64,000 nucleotides of DNA from Eledone cirrhosa (GCA_964016885.1 OZ024743.1:222022001-222086000); one strand, 5' to 3'. Counted from the stretch's first letter, positions 24,901 through 38,735 are shown. Numbers and translations are program-made. The notes: generated by a model not told the origin, from the sequence alone.

Positions 24901-27784
24901 AGAATTGCTAACGCACCACCTCCTAAGACGGAATTAACTGAGTGGTTCAAGCATAATAGGAAACATGCTTTGAACCCGGATCAAAGGCAACTCTACGGCG
25001 ATTTCCCTTCGCACTATACGTGGGATAAGAAGGGAAAGAAATGGAATGATAGAAAACAAAAGTTGAGATTCATGACTATTGGACGGGTTTGTAATGTCCA
25101 TCCAGCATCTGGTGATGTGTTTTATCTCCGAATTCTGTTGCATAAGGATTTTTTGAAAAGTAAACAAAGCTTCGCTGATTTGAAAACAATCAATGGCGTG
25201 GAATATGAAACATACCAGGCTGTGTGTCAGCATCTGGGACTGCTTCAGGATGACGCTGAATGGAATAACGCCATGGAAGCTGCAGGAACAACACAGATGC
25301 CAGCTCAAATAAGGCAATTGTTTGTCACGATTTTAGGATTCTGCAATCCTGCCGATCCAAGAGAGTTATTTGAACGCTATTGGGGAATTATGGCTGATGA
25401 TTTTAGGCATCATCTTCAGGTCGATGATGAAAATTTGATGAAAGCTATTGTTTTGCTCAATATTGAGCAACTGCTTGAAGTTCATTTCAAATGTTTAAGA
25501 GATTTCAATTTGCCAATTCCTGATGAAGAAATGCAGCAACGTGTCTTAGCATTGAACATGAGATTGCAGCTTAGACGGTTGCCACTCGATCGGAGGGAAC
25601 TATTCCAGTTTGATCCACTGGAACAGCAACGTATTGTGGATGAACGTATACCAATGTTGACCCAATCTCAGAGAGAATTGGTTGATGGCGTTTTCCACTC
25701 GATTTCCACTAATGAGCAACTTTGTGCTTTCATAGATGCTCCAGGAGGCACCGGAAAGACATTCTGTTTCAACACTATATTATCGGCAGTCAGAGCTCAG
25801 AGGAAGATTGCTCTCCCTGTGGCCACCAGTGGGATCGCTGCCACTTTGCTGAGTGGTGGAAGGACCTTCCACTCATGCTTCAAGGCTCCATTGGCTCCGG
25901 ATGAGTTGAGTGTCTGTAACATTACAAGACAAAGTGAACTCGCGGGCCTTATACGCAATACGTCTCTGATTATTTGGGACAAGGTTCCAATGGCACACAA
26001 ATATTTGCTGGAGGCATTGGACAGAACTTTGAGAGATATCTGCGGTAGTGACCTGCCATTCGGTGGTAAGACTATCGTTCTTGGTGGCGATTTCAGACAG
26101 GTGCTACCAATTGTTAGGAATGCTCAAAGAGCGCAAATTGTCGATGCATGTCTGAAAAAATCGCCGTTGTGGCGCCATTTAAGAGTTTTGCGATTACACA
26201 ATAATATGCGACTTCGTATGTTCGGGCAAAACGAAGAGGCTGAGACATACGGCCGGTGGTTGATGCAATTGGGAAACGATGAATTGCCACGCGTTAGTGA
26301 TAATCAGACAGTAAGAATCCCAGACCATTTGGTCATGCCACTGGACTGCCAAGCATTGATTGACTGGGTGTTCCTTAATTTGAATGCTTTATGGCAGAAT
26401 ATCTCCTGGATATCGGAACGCGTTATTCTAACTCATACGAATGCAACGGTCGATGAAATAAATTCACAAGTAGCCGGAATGTTTCCTGGGGAGGAATGGT
26501 TTACCGTCAGTGCGGATGCAATGGAGCTTAATCAGCAGAACAATATGGATGTTCGGACTGAGTATCTGAATTCACTTCAAATACCCGGATTTCCCCCACA
26601 TATTTTGAGGTTGAAAAAGGGTATGCCGATTATATTGCTTAGAAATATCAATCATAAAATGGTCTTTGCAATGGTACCAGATTGATTGTTGAGAGATTGA
26701 TTAACGGAAGAGTTTTAGAAGCTAAACTCCCAGGCAGAGAGGAATCGGTTCTCATTCCGAGGATCATGCTGAGACCAAGTGAAGATCTGCTGCCATTCAT
26801 TTGGCAAAGGAGACAGTTTCCCGTCAATTTGGCCTTCTCCATGACTGTCAACAAGGCACAGGGACAGACTTTCAAGCGAGTCGGTGTCTACTTGAATGAT
26901 CCAGCATTCAGCCATGGGCAACTGTATGTTGCTACATCTCAAGTGTGCTATCCTGATGGTATAAAATTTGCAATTAATACCACTAACAGAGGAACAACCC
27001 TGAATATTGTCTATAATGAAGCTTTGAGCTGATGTATGCATATCATTAATGCTATCAATAAGCGACGTAAATGATTTGGACATTGGTGTCCTTTGATCAG
27101 TATTGTGAGCTTTGACAGAGTTATCATTTATGTTCAATGTCATTTAATGTCGTTATGAGCAATAAAAACAAACAAGTATTGGTAAAAATTGCTTTCACTG
27201 CTATGTTGCGCAATAAATACCAACAAGTATTGGTAGAAATTGCCTTCACTGCTATGAATATTCGACATAAATGATTCAGACATTGGTGTCCTTTGATCAG
27301 TATTGTGAGCTTTGACAGAGTTATCATTTCTGTTCAATGTCATTTATTGTCGATAATGAGCAATAAAAACCAACAAATATTTGTAGAAATTGCCTTCAAA
27401 TTTATCGCTTCTGATTGCGGTGGTAATAAAACCTCATCATATGCTGAGTCTGGCAAAAAGGTTGGATCCTATGGCTGGCCAGGGCTAGAGTAATATTGAA
27501 AAACGATTCTATTTTCGAAGTAGAATGATCCGCCATTTGGAGTTCAAACCAGGCCACTTCCCCGAGTTGAACTCTGGGCAACATTGACTGTCTATTACTC
27601 AGTGGCTAAGAGCCTGAAAATTACTGAATAAATTTCTGTCATATAATTTGTTGTTTTATTATTATAGCTGACCACTTATAGATAAGCATGTTATCCATAT
27701 CCATATTAATTTGGCATTTGTATAAACCATTTCAAGTAAATAGGAACCTTTTTTTACATTGACGGACATCTTTTATATTAATTA
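21955..27784 (+). mobile_element. Decayed autonomous-type Helitron
   Basis: RepHel coding remnant. Its 5' region is repeated after a TC start at 28145. The 3' region holds ~200-bp tandem repeats (27065-27400). Confidence 0.88.
22481..27032 (+). pseudogene. Helitron Rep/PIF1 helicase with several stops and frameshifts
   Basis: CPHCGALLW..E....CC, RRYNAP, GKPDLFITVTCNPEW, YVIEFQK(R)GLPHAH (HUH), PYNPYL..KY.CHINVE, DAPGGTGKT, GGDFRQVLP, RRQFPV.LAFSMTVNKAQGQT, FSHGQLYVA. Confidence 0.93.
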
Positions 27785-28144
27785 TCTATATCTATATCTA
27801 CATATAATATAAAAGATTGGAACTTCCATCATCCTTTTGAGAAACGTGGAACAACCACGTCTATGGAATGATACACGTTTTACAGTCACGCAGAAGATGA
27901 ACCATCTCCTACAGGTCACTATTCTAGATGGGAACACCTATAATTGTTCATATACTATGCACAAACGGTACAACGAAGAATCTGGTATATCTGGAAGATT
28001 TCTTTTTACTGTTTTTTGTATCACACAGACACCACGGACTCGCCTCATACTGTAACCAGACAAACATCCAATACAGTTATTTTCTCTTTTACCTGTCTTC
28101 TCTTATCATCTGTTTACCCGGGAGAAGCTGGGTACGTCAGCTAG
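27785..28144 (+). mobile_element. Non-autonomous Helitron carrying a PIF1 fragment
   Basis: 5' TCTATATCTATATC; LRNVEQPRLWNDTRF (PIF1 LRN...RLCNGTR-like); hairpin tacccgg..ctgggta; 3' CTAG. Confidence 0.7.
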
Positions 28145-28829
28145 TCTATATATTAATTTCAAGAACGTCAGTATTCCGTGTGTCATAATTCTCGATTATC
28201 ATTGGTTCATAGGTTTCAAACGACTCCGCCCACTTCAACGACGCCAAACTTAAATTAATACGCATAATCCCAATGAGGGAGTGAGAGGGGAGAGTAAGAA
28301 ACAGAGAGGCAAAGTGATCGCTGTAACTATTACCTTGTGTGCGTGTGTATGTACGTGCGCGTATGTTTATGTGTGTGTGCGTGCGTCTAGAGTTCCACAG
28401 AAAGTCAAAACTGTGTGAGTGTGTAAGTGTGTGTGTAAGTGCACGGGTGCGTGTGTAAGTTTGCGTGCGTGTGCACGTTTCCATGCGTGTATGTGTGTGT
28501 ACGTGGGGCGTTCCACAATCGCCACGCAGTTTATCTGTCTGTGTGCCTGTCTGTCAGAGTTGTGAAGGGAGCAAATAGGGACTTTTTTTTACATTGACGG
28601 ACATCTTTTATATTTATTATTGTCATTTTTTGACAATTGCTCGAAATGAATACTGATAATAAAATCAATTCGACTTTATCAAACAGTGAACTACAGCGGC
28701 GAGGGCGTGCAGCCAGGAATGAAGAAAAACGGGCCGAACAGCGCCATCGGAACGCCGAACTTCATTTTCTCTTTTACCTGTCTTCTCTTATCATCTGTTT
28801 ACCCGGGCGAAGCTGGGTACGTCAGCTAG
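28145..28829 (+). mobile_element. Internally deleted or chimeric non-autonomous Helitron
   Basis: TC start. 28150-28763 is homologous to 21955-22598 and is fused to the last ~65 bp of 28080-28144, including the hairpin and CTAG. Confidence 0.82.
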
Positions 28830-30039
28830 TATATATATAAAGTCTTTATTTGGGATATATCAACTGAGACATCCCCGGTTCGTGTTTTTCCACCAACTCT
28901 TCCGTTATGTCAACAACCAAGATATTTAACTCACAGTGGCCGAAACACCTTTGCTATCAGTAGTTAATGTGGGGTGGTGTAATCTGCTTCTGTGAGCAGA
29001 AGATACACTTTAAAATTGATGTGTGTCTGAACTAACTATCCGCCGAGAAAAATGTGGGCTTATTCAAAAGGAAAGTGGTAAAGCTCACAACGCTGGGAAT
29101 AACCAATATAACAATAAGTTGTACCAGGGTCATGGGTTGTATGAAGAGTCTGGTGGGGGAAGGAGAGGTTTTAAACCGCATTTGAATCTATTTCATTTCA
29201 CATACATCACCATTGCTCTCTCGAAAGACATACATGTCACAACATTTCATGGAACATCCTTCTAAAGATACAATCTTAAAGTAGCGAGCAAAAAAATGTT
29301 AGTGAATTAAATAACCCTTAATGAGTAGAAGAATTAATTATCTCAATGATCAACTCTGGTCAAAAGAGGCAAGGGAGACAATTCAGGGCTTTAAATTAAT
29401 CATTTAATCTTCATTCACTAAAATCATATACACTTCACTGGTCATCTAAGATATGAAAATAACAGTTAGACTACGTTTCATTGAAGAAGTCAAATAAGAC
29501 TGGATTGTGTTTAGAATTGTCACTGTACTGAAACGATCACTTCTCTCCACTGCATGCTATTCTCAGCTAATCTAAATTATGGAATTATCTCCTCTTTTTT
29601 AACCCAAGTTCATAATTAAGATAAGTTGACAAAATACTCTCCGATAGGTTTACAGACGAATCCATAACGGTGGAAACATCTGGCATCCTCCCTACCTACT
29701 GAGATCGAGGTGGGATGGCCAATTGTAAGAACGATCCTCACGGGGTGGACTTATTCGTTTAGCACATCTTCCTTGTCATCCTTTGAGTTAATACATTCAC
29801 TATTCTGTCCCTCGGGACCATAAATCAAAACAAATGTAATGTTGATTCAAGCAATTATATAAGTATGGAACAGTAATTCCTGAAGGAGTCGTAGGGGTGT
29901 CATATTGACATAGGGCGTTTCTTGGCCATTTTATAAACCTAGCGGATCCCATCTCCTCTCCAGGTCTGAATACAGCAGATTTCTTCCTGAGAAGGATGGA
30001 GAGTAAGAGAATGGAAGTGAAAAGGAGATATAGAGGAAG

Positions 30040-30190
30040 AATCGACCCCACTACTTGACTGGTACTTTTTTTATCGACCTCGAAAGGATGAAAGGCAAAG
30101 TTGACGCCGGCGGAATTTGAATTCAGAGAGTAGAGAGTCGAAACGAATGTCGCAAATCATTCTATCTGACATTCTAACGTCGCTGCCTTA
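30040..30190 (-). mobile_element. SINE (diverged, same family as 130-1025)
   Basis: atcgacctcgaaaggatgaaaggcaaagttgacgccggcggaatttgaa. Confidence 0.75.
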
Positions 30191-30629
30191 AGCAACAAAT
30201 TAAAGCAATTAAAATAATGATTTTAATGAGTGCAATGATAATTAATTAAGATGCATTGGCTCACAAAATTTTCAGTTTTAGTATAGTTTTAGTTTGGATT
30301 ATTTTTATTGCAGATTGCGTCTCAAATAAATTTCTCGCCAGTTATTCTAGATACATGGGATAGATGTTTAAAAGAAAATTGTCTTTTACATCTACATTGA
30401 TCAGTCTGAACAACCATATAGAAACATTTACCTACTAACTATTTATACATTTTCAGCTAAATATATTCAAATCTTCTTCTTCTTCTTCTTCTTCTTCTCT
30501 CCCCCCCCCCTCCTCCTCCTCCTCCTCCTTCTTCTTCTTCTTCTTCTCCCCCCCTCTCCTCCTCCTCCTCCTCCTCCTCCTCCTCCTTCTTCTTCTTCTT
30601 CTTCTTCTTCTTCTTCTTCTTCTTCTTCT

Positions 30630-32480
30630 TCTTTCAGTCATTACCCAAAATTGATGACCATAGGTAAGGGTTGGCACAAATACCGAATTGAAGATAGCGA
30701 GTTTTGCGTTTACATCTACTTCCCTTCCTCTGATTACCAAATGCTGAAGCTGGACATTACTGTACCAACTCCTTCAATTTTTCCTCTCAATTCAGCCTCC
30801 TACCTTCCACCACTCGTGAACACGGCCCCGGGATACTTGAACTTCTCCGCCTGATTCTATGGAATTCCACTCACATGTAGAGTGCACTAGGCAGACTTCC
30901 TTAAGAGGATGTTTGCCGCAGGCTTCGCTTCATTCCTGATTTTCATTCCTACCGTACAGCACTCGCTGTATCAAGTGCAAGTCAAATATCATCTTCTGAC
31001 GAATTAAGTAGTACCATATCGTCTGCAAATTCCAGCTAACTGATTTACACCTGCCAGTCGAGATATTACTTCCAACTCGGTGTGCATGTCAATCCTGTCT
31101 ATGAAGATTATGAACAGAAGAGGTGACAGTACACACCCTTGGCGGTATCCGACACCCCCATTGAATGGTTTCGATTTAGCACCATTTATCCGAACACAAA
31201 TACTATGAGATTCATATAGCATTCAGAGTAACAAGCTGTCCATCGATCACATATTCCTGCAGAAACTTCCACAACAGGTCCCATAGAACGAGGTCATATG
31301 CCTTTTCGAAATCTATGAAACAAGCATACACTTCTTGGCATAAAGAGGACTTATTTCTAAACCAAGCTTTGTAAGTTTTCTTCTTTGCTCGGATGGTACC
31401 TTTGACTACTTGATTGAACCGAGGGATCATCCAGCCACCCAGTACCACACCAAGCCGCTTTCGCCCGTAGTATTTAACAGCTGAAGCAGAAACTGCTGAG
31501 CTGAATAATGTCCAATCCGTTTCAACATCTTCTGTTTGTTCAGGCAGTTCTCTGAATTTGGATGCAATACTATCAGTATACCTGTTCCTGATTTCCTTAT
31601 CAACTAACACTTTGATCCTGTAGGTCGAACTGAACCTGTAAGTTTTGTGGCTCTCAGCTTTAGCTAGTCTCAGGCTGCAGATAACTAGATAGTGATCAGT
31701 TGACAGCTCATCCCCACTCTTAACACAAATATCCAGCACAGTATCAAAGAAATCAGAGACAAAACTAAAATCAATTACTGATCTGTCCAAGATTCCCCTT
31801 ATGCCATGTATATTTATGGATGCTCTTGTACTGGAAGAAGTTGTTCGTAATAGAGAGTCCATTGCTAGAACAGAAGTCTAATAAGGCTTCTCCATACGTA
31901 TTTAGATCAGGCTCGCCGTTCTTTCTAATCACTCCGTTCCATGCCAGGTAGTCAGTGCGAACATGGGCATTGAAGTCTCCTATTAGGATATATAATTCAG
32001 TTATAACTACATCTAATGCAAGGAGAAGTCTATATTCGGGCTCTCCGTTTGGCGTATTTACCTGCACCACATGCAGAGACTTTTCTTTCAGCCTAAACTT
32101 CAAGAGGCAAATCCTCCTCCTCCTGCTCCCTCCCTAATGGGATCCAGTCCATAACACATTCTGGCAGCAGGAGCTTGTGAGTATTCCCACTCCCGCCTGT
32201 GCTGTCATTTCTGCCACCACACCTGAATTTCCATCCTCCATCCAAATATACAGTACCAGAGCCGCGGAACTTTGTTGAGGAAACCCTGACTATATCTAGC
32301 CGGTTTCATCTAGCCTCCTCCACTAGTACCTGCTCCTTGCCTGTAAGGAATGTAACGTTCCAGTTAATACTTGTCAAGCTTTGCTCCCTTCCAGACACTC
32401 TCTGGAGTTTCGGGATATGTAACCTTTGTGCTTCCATCCCATGCTTCACAAGACAGGTCACAGACCCATCGCTAGTTCGT
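30630..32480 (-). pseudogene. Old, internally deleted RTE-like LINE ORF (AP endonuclease plus RT)
   Basis: WNV..LTGKE.LVEE, IGDFNAHV, NTYGE.LLDFC, IDF.FVS, STDH.LV, CFIDFEKAYD, GVG.RQGCVLSPLLF, FNSVFVPTLTYG. It ends in a (GAA/GAG)n tract at 30473-30632. Confidence 0.85.
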
Positions 32481-33089
32481 ACAGTGTTTGCTGGAGACTG
32501 CAATATATTTTTCGAACAGGCCCCTCTGCCTAAGGCCTGAACGCGTCCTTTATTATCCCGCGTGAAAGACGATGCGATATGGATACCTTCACTATTTCCG
32601 CGAAGACTAGGTCTTTACTTGCCTCGTCGTCGCTACATCACTGGATTGTGAGAGTTTTCTTTGGAGCTAACAGTGTCACCCAATGCTCCATTTCCCCTTG
32701 TAATTTACTGCCGCTGGTCCGGGTTTGTTTGCTCGTCCGGTGGGAGCCCAAATATATCGCAACTAACCATCATATCTGGTAGCCGTATCATTATCCGCTA
32801 CCTGCGACCAGTTATTTATTTATTTATTTTAATAATAATCACCAACAACAAAAAACGCTGGAAACTACATAGCAGCTCTGACTGCACTCTAGGAGACAGT
32901 CAAAGAGCAAATGTTGTTGTTGCTGTTGCTGGACCGCCATCGTTTCTGATGATAGGTGCTACAGTTGATTCAATCAACGGAACTGTCTGCTCGTGAAATT
33001 AACATGTAGGTGTTTGAGCATTACACAAAAACTTGCACGTTAACGTAGTTCTAGTGGAGATTTACCTAGACAAAGATGGTCCCTTAATT

Positions 33090-33146
<57 letters not shown>

Positions 33147-33152
<6 letters not shown>

Positions 33153-33453
33153 TTCAAATATTAATAAAATAGATGTTCTTGTGATCAATTCAATTTTATA
33201 ATTTTATTATACATATTTCAGAGGTACTTGAATCAAATTCAATAGTACGTCCTCATCAGATAAAATAAAATGATACATGACATACCCTGACATGATTAAA
33301 TCTTAACCATTTAACATGTCAGGGTATGTCATGTATCCTTTTATTTTATCTGATGAGGACGTACTATTGAACTTGATTCAAGTACCTCTTAAATATGTAT
33401 AATAAAATTTAATTGATCACAAGAACATCTATTTTATTAATATTTGAATTTAA
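33147..33453. mobile_element. Palindromic PLE end with hammerhead-like motifs at 33202-33265(-) and 33344-33407(+, GAAA mutated)
   Basis: Arms of ~145 bp. Motif: ttttat-CTGATGA-ggacgtac..gtacctct-GAAA-tatg-TA-taataaaa. Confidence 0.7.
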
Positions 33454-33623
33454 TATTAATAACTCTGGAAAATATCTTACTGTAGAGTGCTTTCAATCTA
33501 CTGTAAAACTCATTCTTTGATGTACTCATTGAATCTTGTTTAACTTTTTAAAATATATATATATATATATATATACAATATATATATATACAGATTCACC
33601 TAGACAAAGATGGTCCCTTAATT

Positions 33624-33707
<84 letters not shown>

Positions 33708-33759
33708 ATATATATATACAGATTCACCTAGACAAAGATTGTCCCTTAATTTGTGTGTG

Positions 33760-33810
<51 letters not shown>

Positions 33811-33817
33811 ATGTATA

Positions 33818-34213
33818 TACGAGGGCAATCCCAAAAGTAAGGTCTCCTTCCGATATTGCAACTTTTCCGTTAAAATCCTGTGGATGGTGCTTCGGGAAAC
33901 CCCAGGAACCAAAATGCAGAGACCACCCAGAGTGATCCGCCGATCTTTACGCATGTTTTCCTCGGAAGAAGACCTTACTTTTGGGATTGCCCTCTATATA
34001 ATAACTGCGCGAAATTCGCACTTGGCGGTAGCGTTCAACAGAAGCTCCATTCTCAACAGCTGCCAAGCCCCAAGATTGAGCACTCCAGCGAAGCGCGCGT
34101 ATGCTTGTTTGGGAGTGAAGGAAGCTCCAATCACAACAGTGTTGGCAACAGCCGTACGAACAGTTTCTCTGCATCCCCATCGCTTTGGAGACCTTACTTT
34201 TTGGATTACCCTC

Positions 34214-34216
<3 letters not shown>
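33818..34216 (-). mobile_element. Rearranged mariner remnant with three TIR copies
   Basis: TIR acgagggcaatcccaaaagtaaggtc at 33819(+), ~33971-33994(-) and ~34187-34215(-). Transposase fragments [17 protein letters not shown] and DRRITL..L...[21 protein letters not shown]. Confidence 0.8.
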
Positions 34217-34281
<65 letters not shown>

Positions 34282-34286
<5 letters not shown>

Positions 34287-34881
34287 AAGATCGGAATTAA
34301 GAGTATTCCGCAGTTCACTGTAATAATAATAATAGTATTAGCTCAAAGAAGAATAGAGAATTTCCTTCTGAGCTCAAATGCAAGTATATATTACACAAAG
34401 AGAAGTGTGTTACACAGTGAGATGTGTGTAAAGAATTATTACAAGTGATTTTACCGTTACTGTATAGAGAACAATCTCTACAGGTTAGCAATTAAATAGA
34501 AAAAAACTAATTCAGAATCAAATCTCTGAATTAGAGTTTTAAATCACAAACCTTATAACTATATTTTGCTGATACGAATCTCGCTTCGATTCACCACTTA
34601 TATGTGCAGTATCGGGTCACAGGATCCTCAGTCAGCAAATGCGAACACTGAACACTACACATCTAACCTCGTGGATAGAGAGATTGCTAATAGACACGGT
34701 GCCCAGAGTAGGGCGAAATCACGTGTTATTTGCATCAAATAACGGCTCTCGTGGATTGGGGAAGACGCTAGAAAGTGCAGCCCAACCATTCGAATTTATT
34801 AGCTCAACAATTTGGAGCTCATTAAGTATACAAAGATCGGAATTAAGAGTATTCCGCAGTTCACTGTAATAATAATAATAG

Positions 34882-34884
<3 letters not shown>
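34282..34884 (-). mobile_element. PLE-like terminal repeat with a ~55-bp terminal direct repeat and a hammerhead-like motif (34566-34638)
   Basis: tacaaagatcggaattaagagtattccgcagttcactgtaataat at both ends. Motif: ttgctga-CTGAGGA-...-GAAG-cga gat tcg-TA-tcagcaa. Confidence 0.6.
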
Positions 34885-34963
<79 letters not shown>

Positions 34964-35669
34964 TATATATATATATACTAACACTTGACAGTTTCCACCA
35001 ATTCATTTTTGCTAGATGATGGACTGAAGAAACGTGAAATAAGGTGGCAAACTCAAAGAGTTAATTCGCGCCACCCGGTCCAGGAATCAGACTCACGGCT
35101 TTTCCATCATAAACCGAACACCTTCACCACTAAGTTACCCAAGAAGGAGTGAATGAGCAGGTACTGAGTACGTTACATTTAGTAATTGTTCTTATCAAAT
35201 AAATGAAACATCGAAGTTCGAAACAGGTTGTTCGGAAATATTTACCAGCCGCAGTTTGTATTCATTAATAAATTGTTTTATATGGAGAATTGATTGCTGA
35301 CGTTTTTAGAACTGATTAACAGATACATTATAGACAATAGCCGATATAAAATCTATCAATAGATAATAGTTCTATACACAGTCTAACGATTTACAGTGCA
35401 GTATTTATACTGAAGTTGTTCATGCTACATGATTACAATAGTTACGTTAACCATTGGTTTATTGACTTAAACTTACACAAGTGTGAAATTTTAACAATGG
35501 TCTTAGTAAATGTTAAATAAGGACATACACACACATACACACTACACACATACATACATATATACATATACATACATGCGTACATACATGCATACATACA
35601 TGCATACATACATGCATACATACATACATGCATACATGCATACATGCATCCATATATACATGCATACAT

Positions 35670-37330
35670 GATGGCTGCCCCCTCGTTATCGAGCATGGCC
35701 ATTGCACGATATACCATTATTGAGAATTATTAATTAATTCTATCGTGCAATGCCTGTGCGTGAAGATATTTTTTAAAGTGAGAAAAGACTGTGCACTGAG
35801 CCAATCCCACTCTCTGAGCGACAGTAGCTATAACCCGAAAAGAAGAAAAGATCAACATCATCGGTAACTACTGAGCCGCAGATTTTATATCGGAGTTATC
35901 CCAACATGCATTCACACATACATATATTCATGCATTCAGGCATACATACATACATACATACATACATACATACATACATACATACATACATACATACATA
36001 CATACATACATACATACATACATACATACATGCATGATGCATTCAGAAATAGATGCATACATACATAAATGCATGCATGCATTCATACATGTATACATAC
36101 ATAAATGGTGGCTGCCAACTCGTTTTCGAGTACGGCCACTACTTTATATCCATGTAGGAGAACCCCTACCGATGCGCTGAACGAGTGTGGCTTTTTAGTC
36201 CAGCCAGCGACTTGAAAACTCTGGTACAAACACTACACCTGTGACAATTATTGACACATAGTGCTAGGCCCATTGGTACCCTGTGACGAAACGTGAAGAG
36301 AGATCTCCAGATATAAAGCAATGCCTGTGCCGTGAAGCTTTTATAGTGAGCAAAGGCACTGCACAAAGCCAGTCCCACTCTCCTAACAAAGATGATATTT
36401 ACCAAAAAGAAGAACAAGTCAACATCATTGGATACCATCAGAGTTGCAGGTGTTATATCAGAGTTTTCCTTCTCCTAGAATTCTGCCTTGACAAAAGCTA
36501 AGGGGTCATCTCTCCCGGTGATTTTGGATGGCCATTGACTCTTAAGAGCTCCTTTGCCCTTTGACAGGTTTTGTTTTTAGTCCTGCAGGATGTCCAAAGT
36601 CACCCTCCTCACCAAGAAACCTTGGTGGGGTTGCCAGTTTAGTCGCCAACGACCCGACCATGAGACAGGTTGTACTGGGATACATGTTACCAGTAGCACC
36701 AACTGGTGACCTGACATACATAAATACATGCATGTATACATACATAAATTCATGCATACATACAAATATACATACATAAATGCATACATACATACACAAG
36801 TGTATGTATGCATGTATTTATGTATAATTGTATGTGTGAATATATATATGTTCACTTACATATATACATGTATGCATATAAGCGCGCATTCATGTATATT
36901 TGTATGTTGTGTATGTATTTATGCCAGGTCGCTCTCGAGTGCTACTGGTAACATGTAACCCAGTACAACCTGTCTCATGGTTAGGTCGTCGGTGACTAAA
37001 CCGGCAACCCCACCAAGCTAGCTTGGTGAAGAGGGTGATATTTGGAGACCCTACGGGATCAAATACAAGACCCGGCAAAGGGCGGAGGAACTCAGCAGAG
37101 TCAATGGCCATCCAAATAGTAGATTTCTTTTTTTTCACCTGGAAATGAAAGGACCCCAGTTGTTGTCACAGGACCTTTCTAGGAGAGGGAAACTCTGAAA
37201 AAAAAAACCTGCGGCTTCGGAAACATCCGATGATGTTGATAAGTTCTCCTCTTTGGGTAGTGTTTACGATGCTCAGAGAGTGGGATTGGTCGAGTGCAAG
37301 GCCTTTCCCCACTTAAAAAAACCTTCAAAG
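35670..37330. mobile_element. Cluster of RTE-like LINE end fragments within (ATGT)n microsatellites
   Basis: 36105-36328 is the inverse of 13908-14132. A related tail lies at 35670-35715. 36330-36715 and 36925-37330 are diverged inverted homologs. Confidence 0.55.
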
Positions 37331-37766
37331 CACAAGTATTGCTTGTTCAGGATATGTTACTGGTTCGTGTGGCCTAAAAGTGCACCAATCTCTATAATCT
37401 GACAAGCGATTGCAATACTCTTAGCAGAGTTTGCAGACATCATGTATGTATGTATGTATGTATGTATGTATGTATGTATGTATGTATGTATGTATGTATG
37501 TATGTATGTATGTTAGTATGTATGTATTAGTTTGTATCAAAACATATGTACTGTTATTAATATATACTGAATCAATATATATATTTCGACTGAAGTTATA
37601 TTTGCGTGAAATATTCCATTGATATGTAGTCTCGACTGAATAAAAATAATAATCTATTGATTGGTTGTTATTGATGGGAAGATAACCAATGATTAACTAA
37701 TATTTGAACTAAAATAACGTTGGCGTTCGATTCCTGCGAATGTGTGTGTATGTTGTTCGATCCATA

Positions 37767-37803
<37 letters not shown>

Positions 37804-38055
37804 GTAAGTTTGAAGAATTGTTAGATAAAATATATACAGTCTTTCTTCTCCCTAGTCCGTAGAAATCAACCACATAAATAATCATTTAAACGAGGCTATA
37901 ATTTTAAAATGTAACTATGAAGAAATAATAGACAAATGATACAGACTATTTTCCGCGAGGGTCAGCCAGATAAAATTTATCTAGTCATTCCTTTTAGCCC
38001 GTAGAAATTGACTAGACAAATAATCAATTTTATATATAGCTCTGATTAACAATTT

Positions 38056-38735
38056 CTGACTTGTGGAGCTATGTCGAACAGTTGCTGTCGCGTGTAGGAC
38101 TGATCCGGTTATCGACTGAGTCCATTGTGTAGATGGTCTCGCCGTCTTCCTTCGAGGAGGAAGGGCAGGCGGTTTTCATCTGCCTGGTGGCCATGGCGAA
38201 AGAGATTGTGTGGTGGACAAGGTTGAAAGGGTTAAAGACAGACACTTTCCTCTTCGGCGAATCCCTAATTAACTTTTTCAAGTTTCACTTGAAGAGGAAA
38301 ATCAGGGTGGAGAGGCAAGTGCTGCCTTCTAGCAAGTTTGTTGAAAGGTGGGTGAATGTAGCGAGAATAGTCCGAGTGAACGGGACCACTCTGAATATAC
38401 GTCTGTAGTTTGAGAAATGGAAAAATTGAGAGAGGGCGCTTGCCCTGGTGGTCAGGGTGGCCGTGGTCTTTTGTGTGGTTTTCGCCACGAGTAACCCTCG
38501 GAGGTTTCCCCCCTATTGGAGAATTTTTCATTGTTTCAATTTTCATTTTTATTGTTTATATATATATATGTTTCTATGTCTTTTTTTTCTTTTCTTATAT
38601 AAATAATAAAAATATTTACACGCACAAAACCCACATCGTACCGTCCTGTACCGTCCTGTGCCGGCTGTAATGTTTTTCTTGATGTCAGCCCTTGTGGCCA
38701 ATAAAGAAATCATCATTATTATTATTATTATTATT
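38056..38735 (+). mobile_element. 5'-truncated, diverged subfamily copy of the Tx1-like LINE (ORF2 C-terminus, 3' UTR, (ATT)n)
   Basis: EGQAVFICLVAMAKEIVWWTRLKGLKT...FFKFHLKRKIRVE matches the ORF2 end. Tail aataaagaaatcatc(att)n. Confidence 0.92.

Noticed and set aside
24787-27032. Host PIF1 helicase gene
   Set aside because: It is intronless, fused to a Helitron Rep with an HUH motif, and interrupted by stops and frameshifts.
27065-27400. CRISPR-like repeat-spacer array
   Set aside because: The units are irregular degenerate tandem duplications with no unique spacers or cas genes, in a eukaryotic context.
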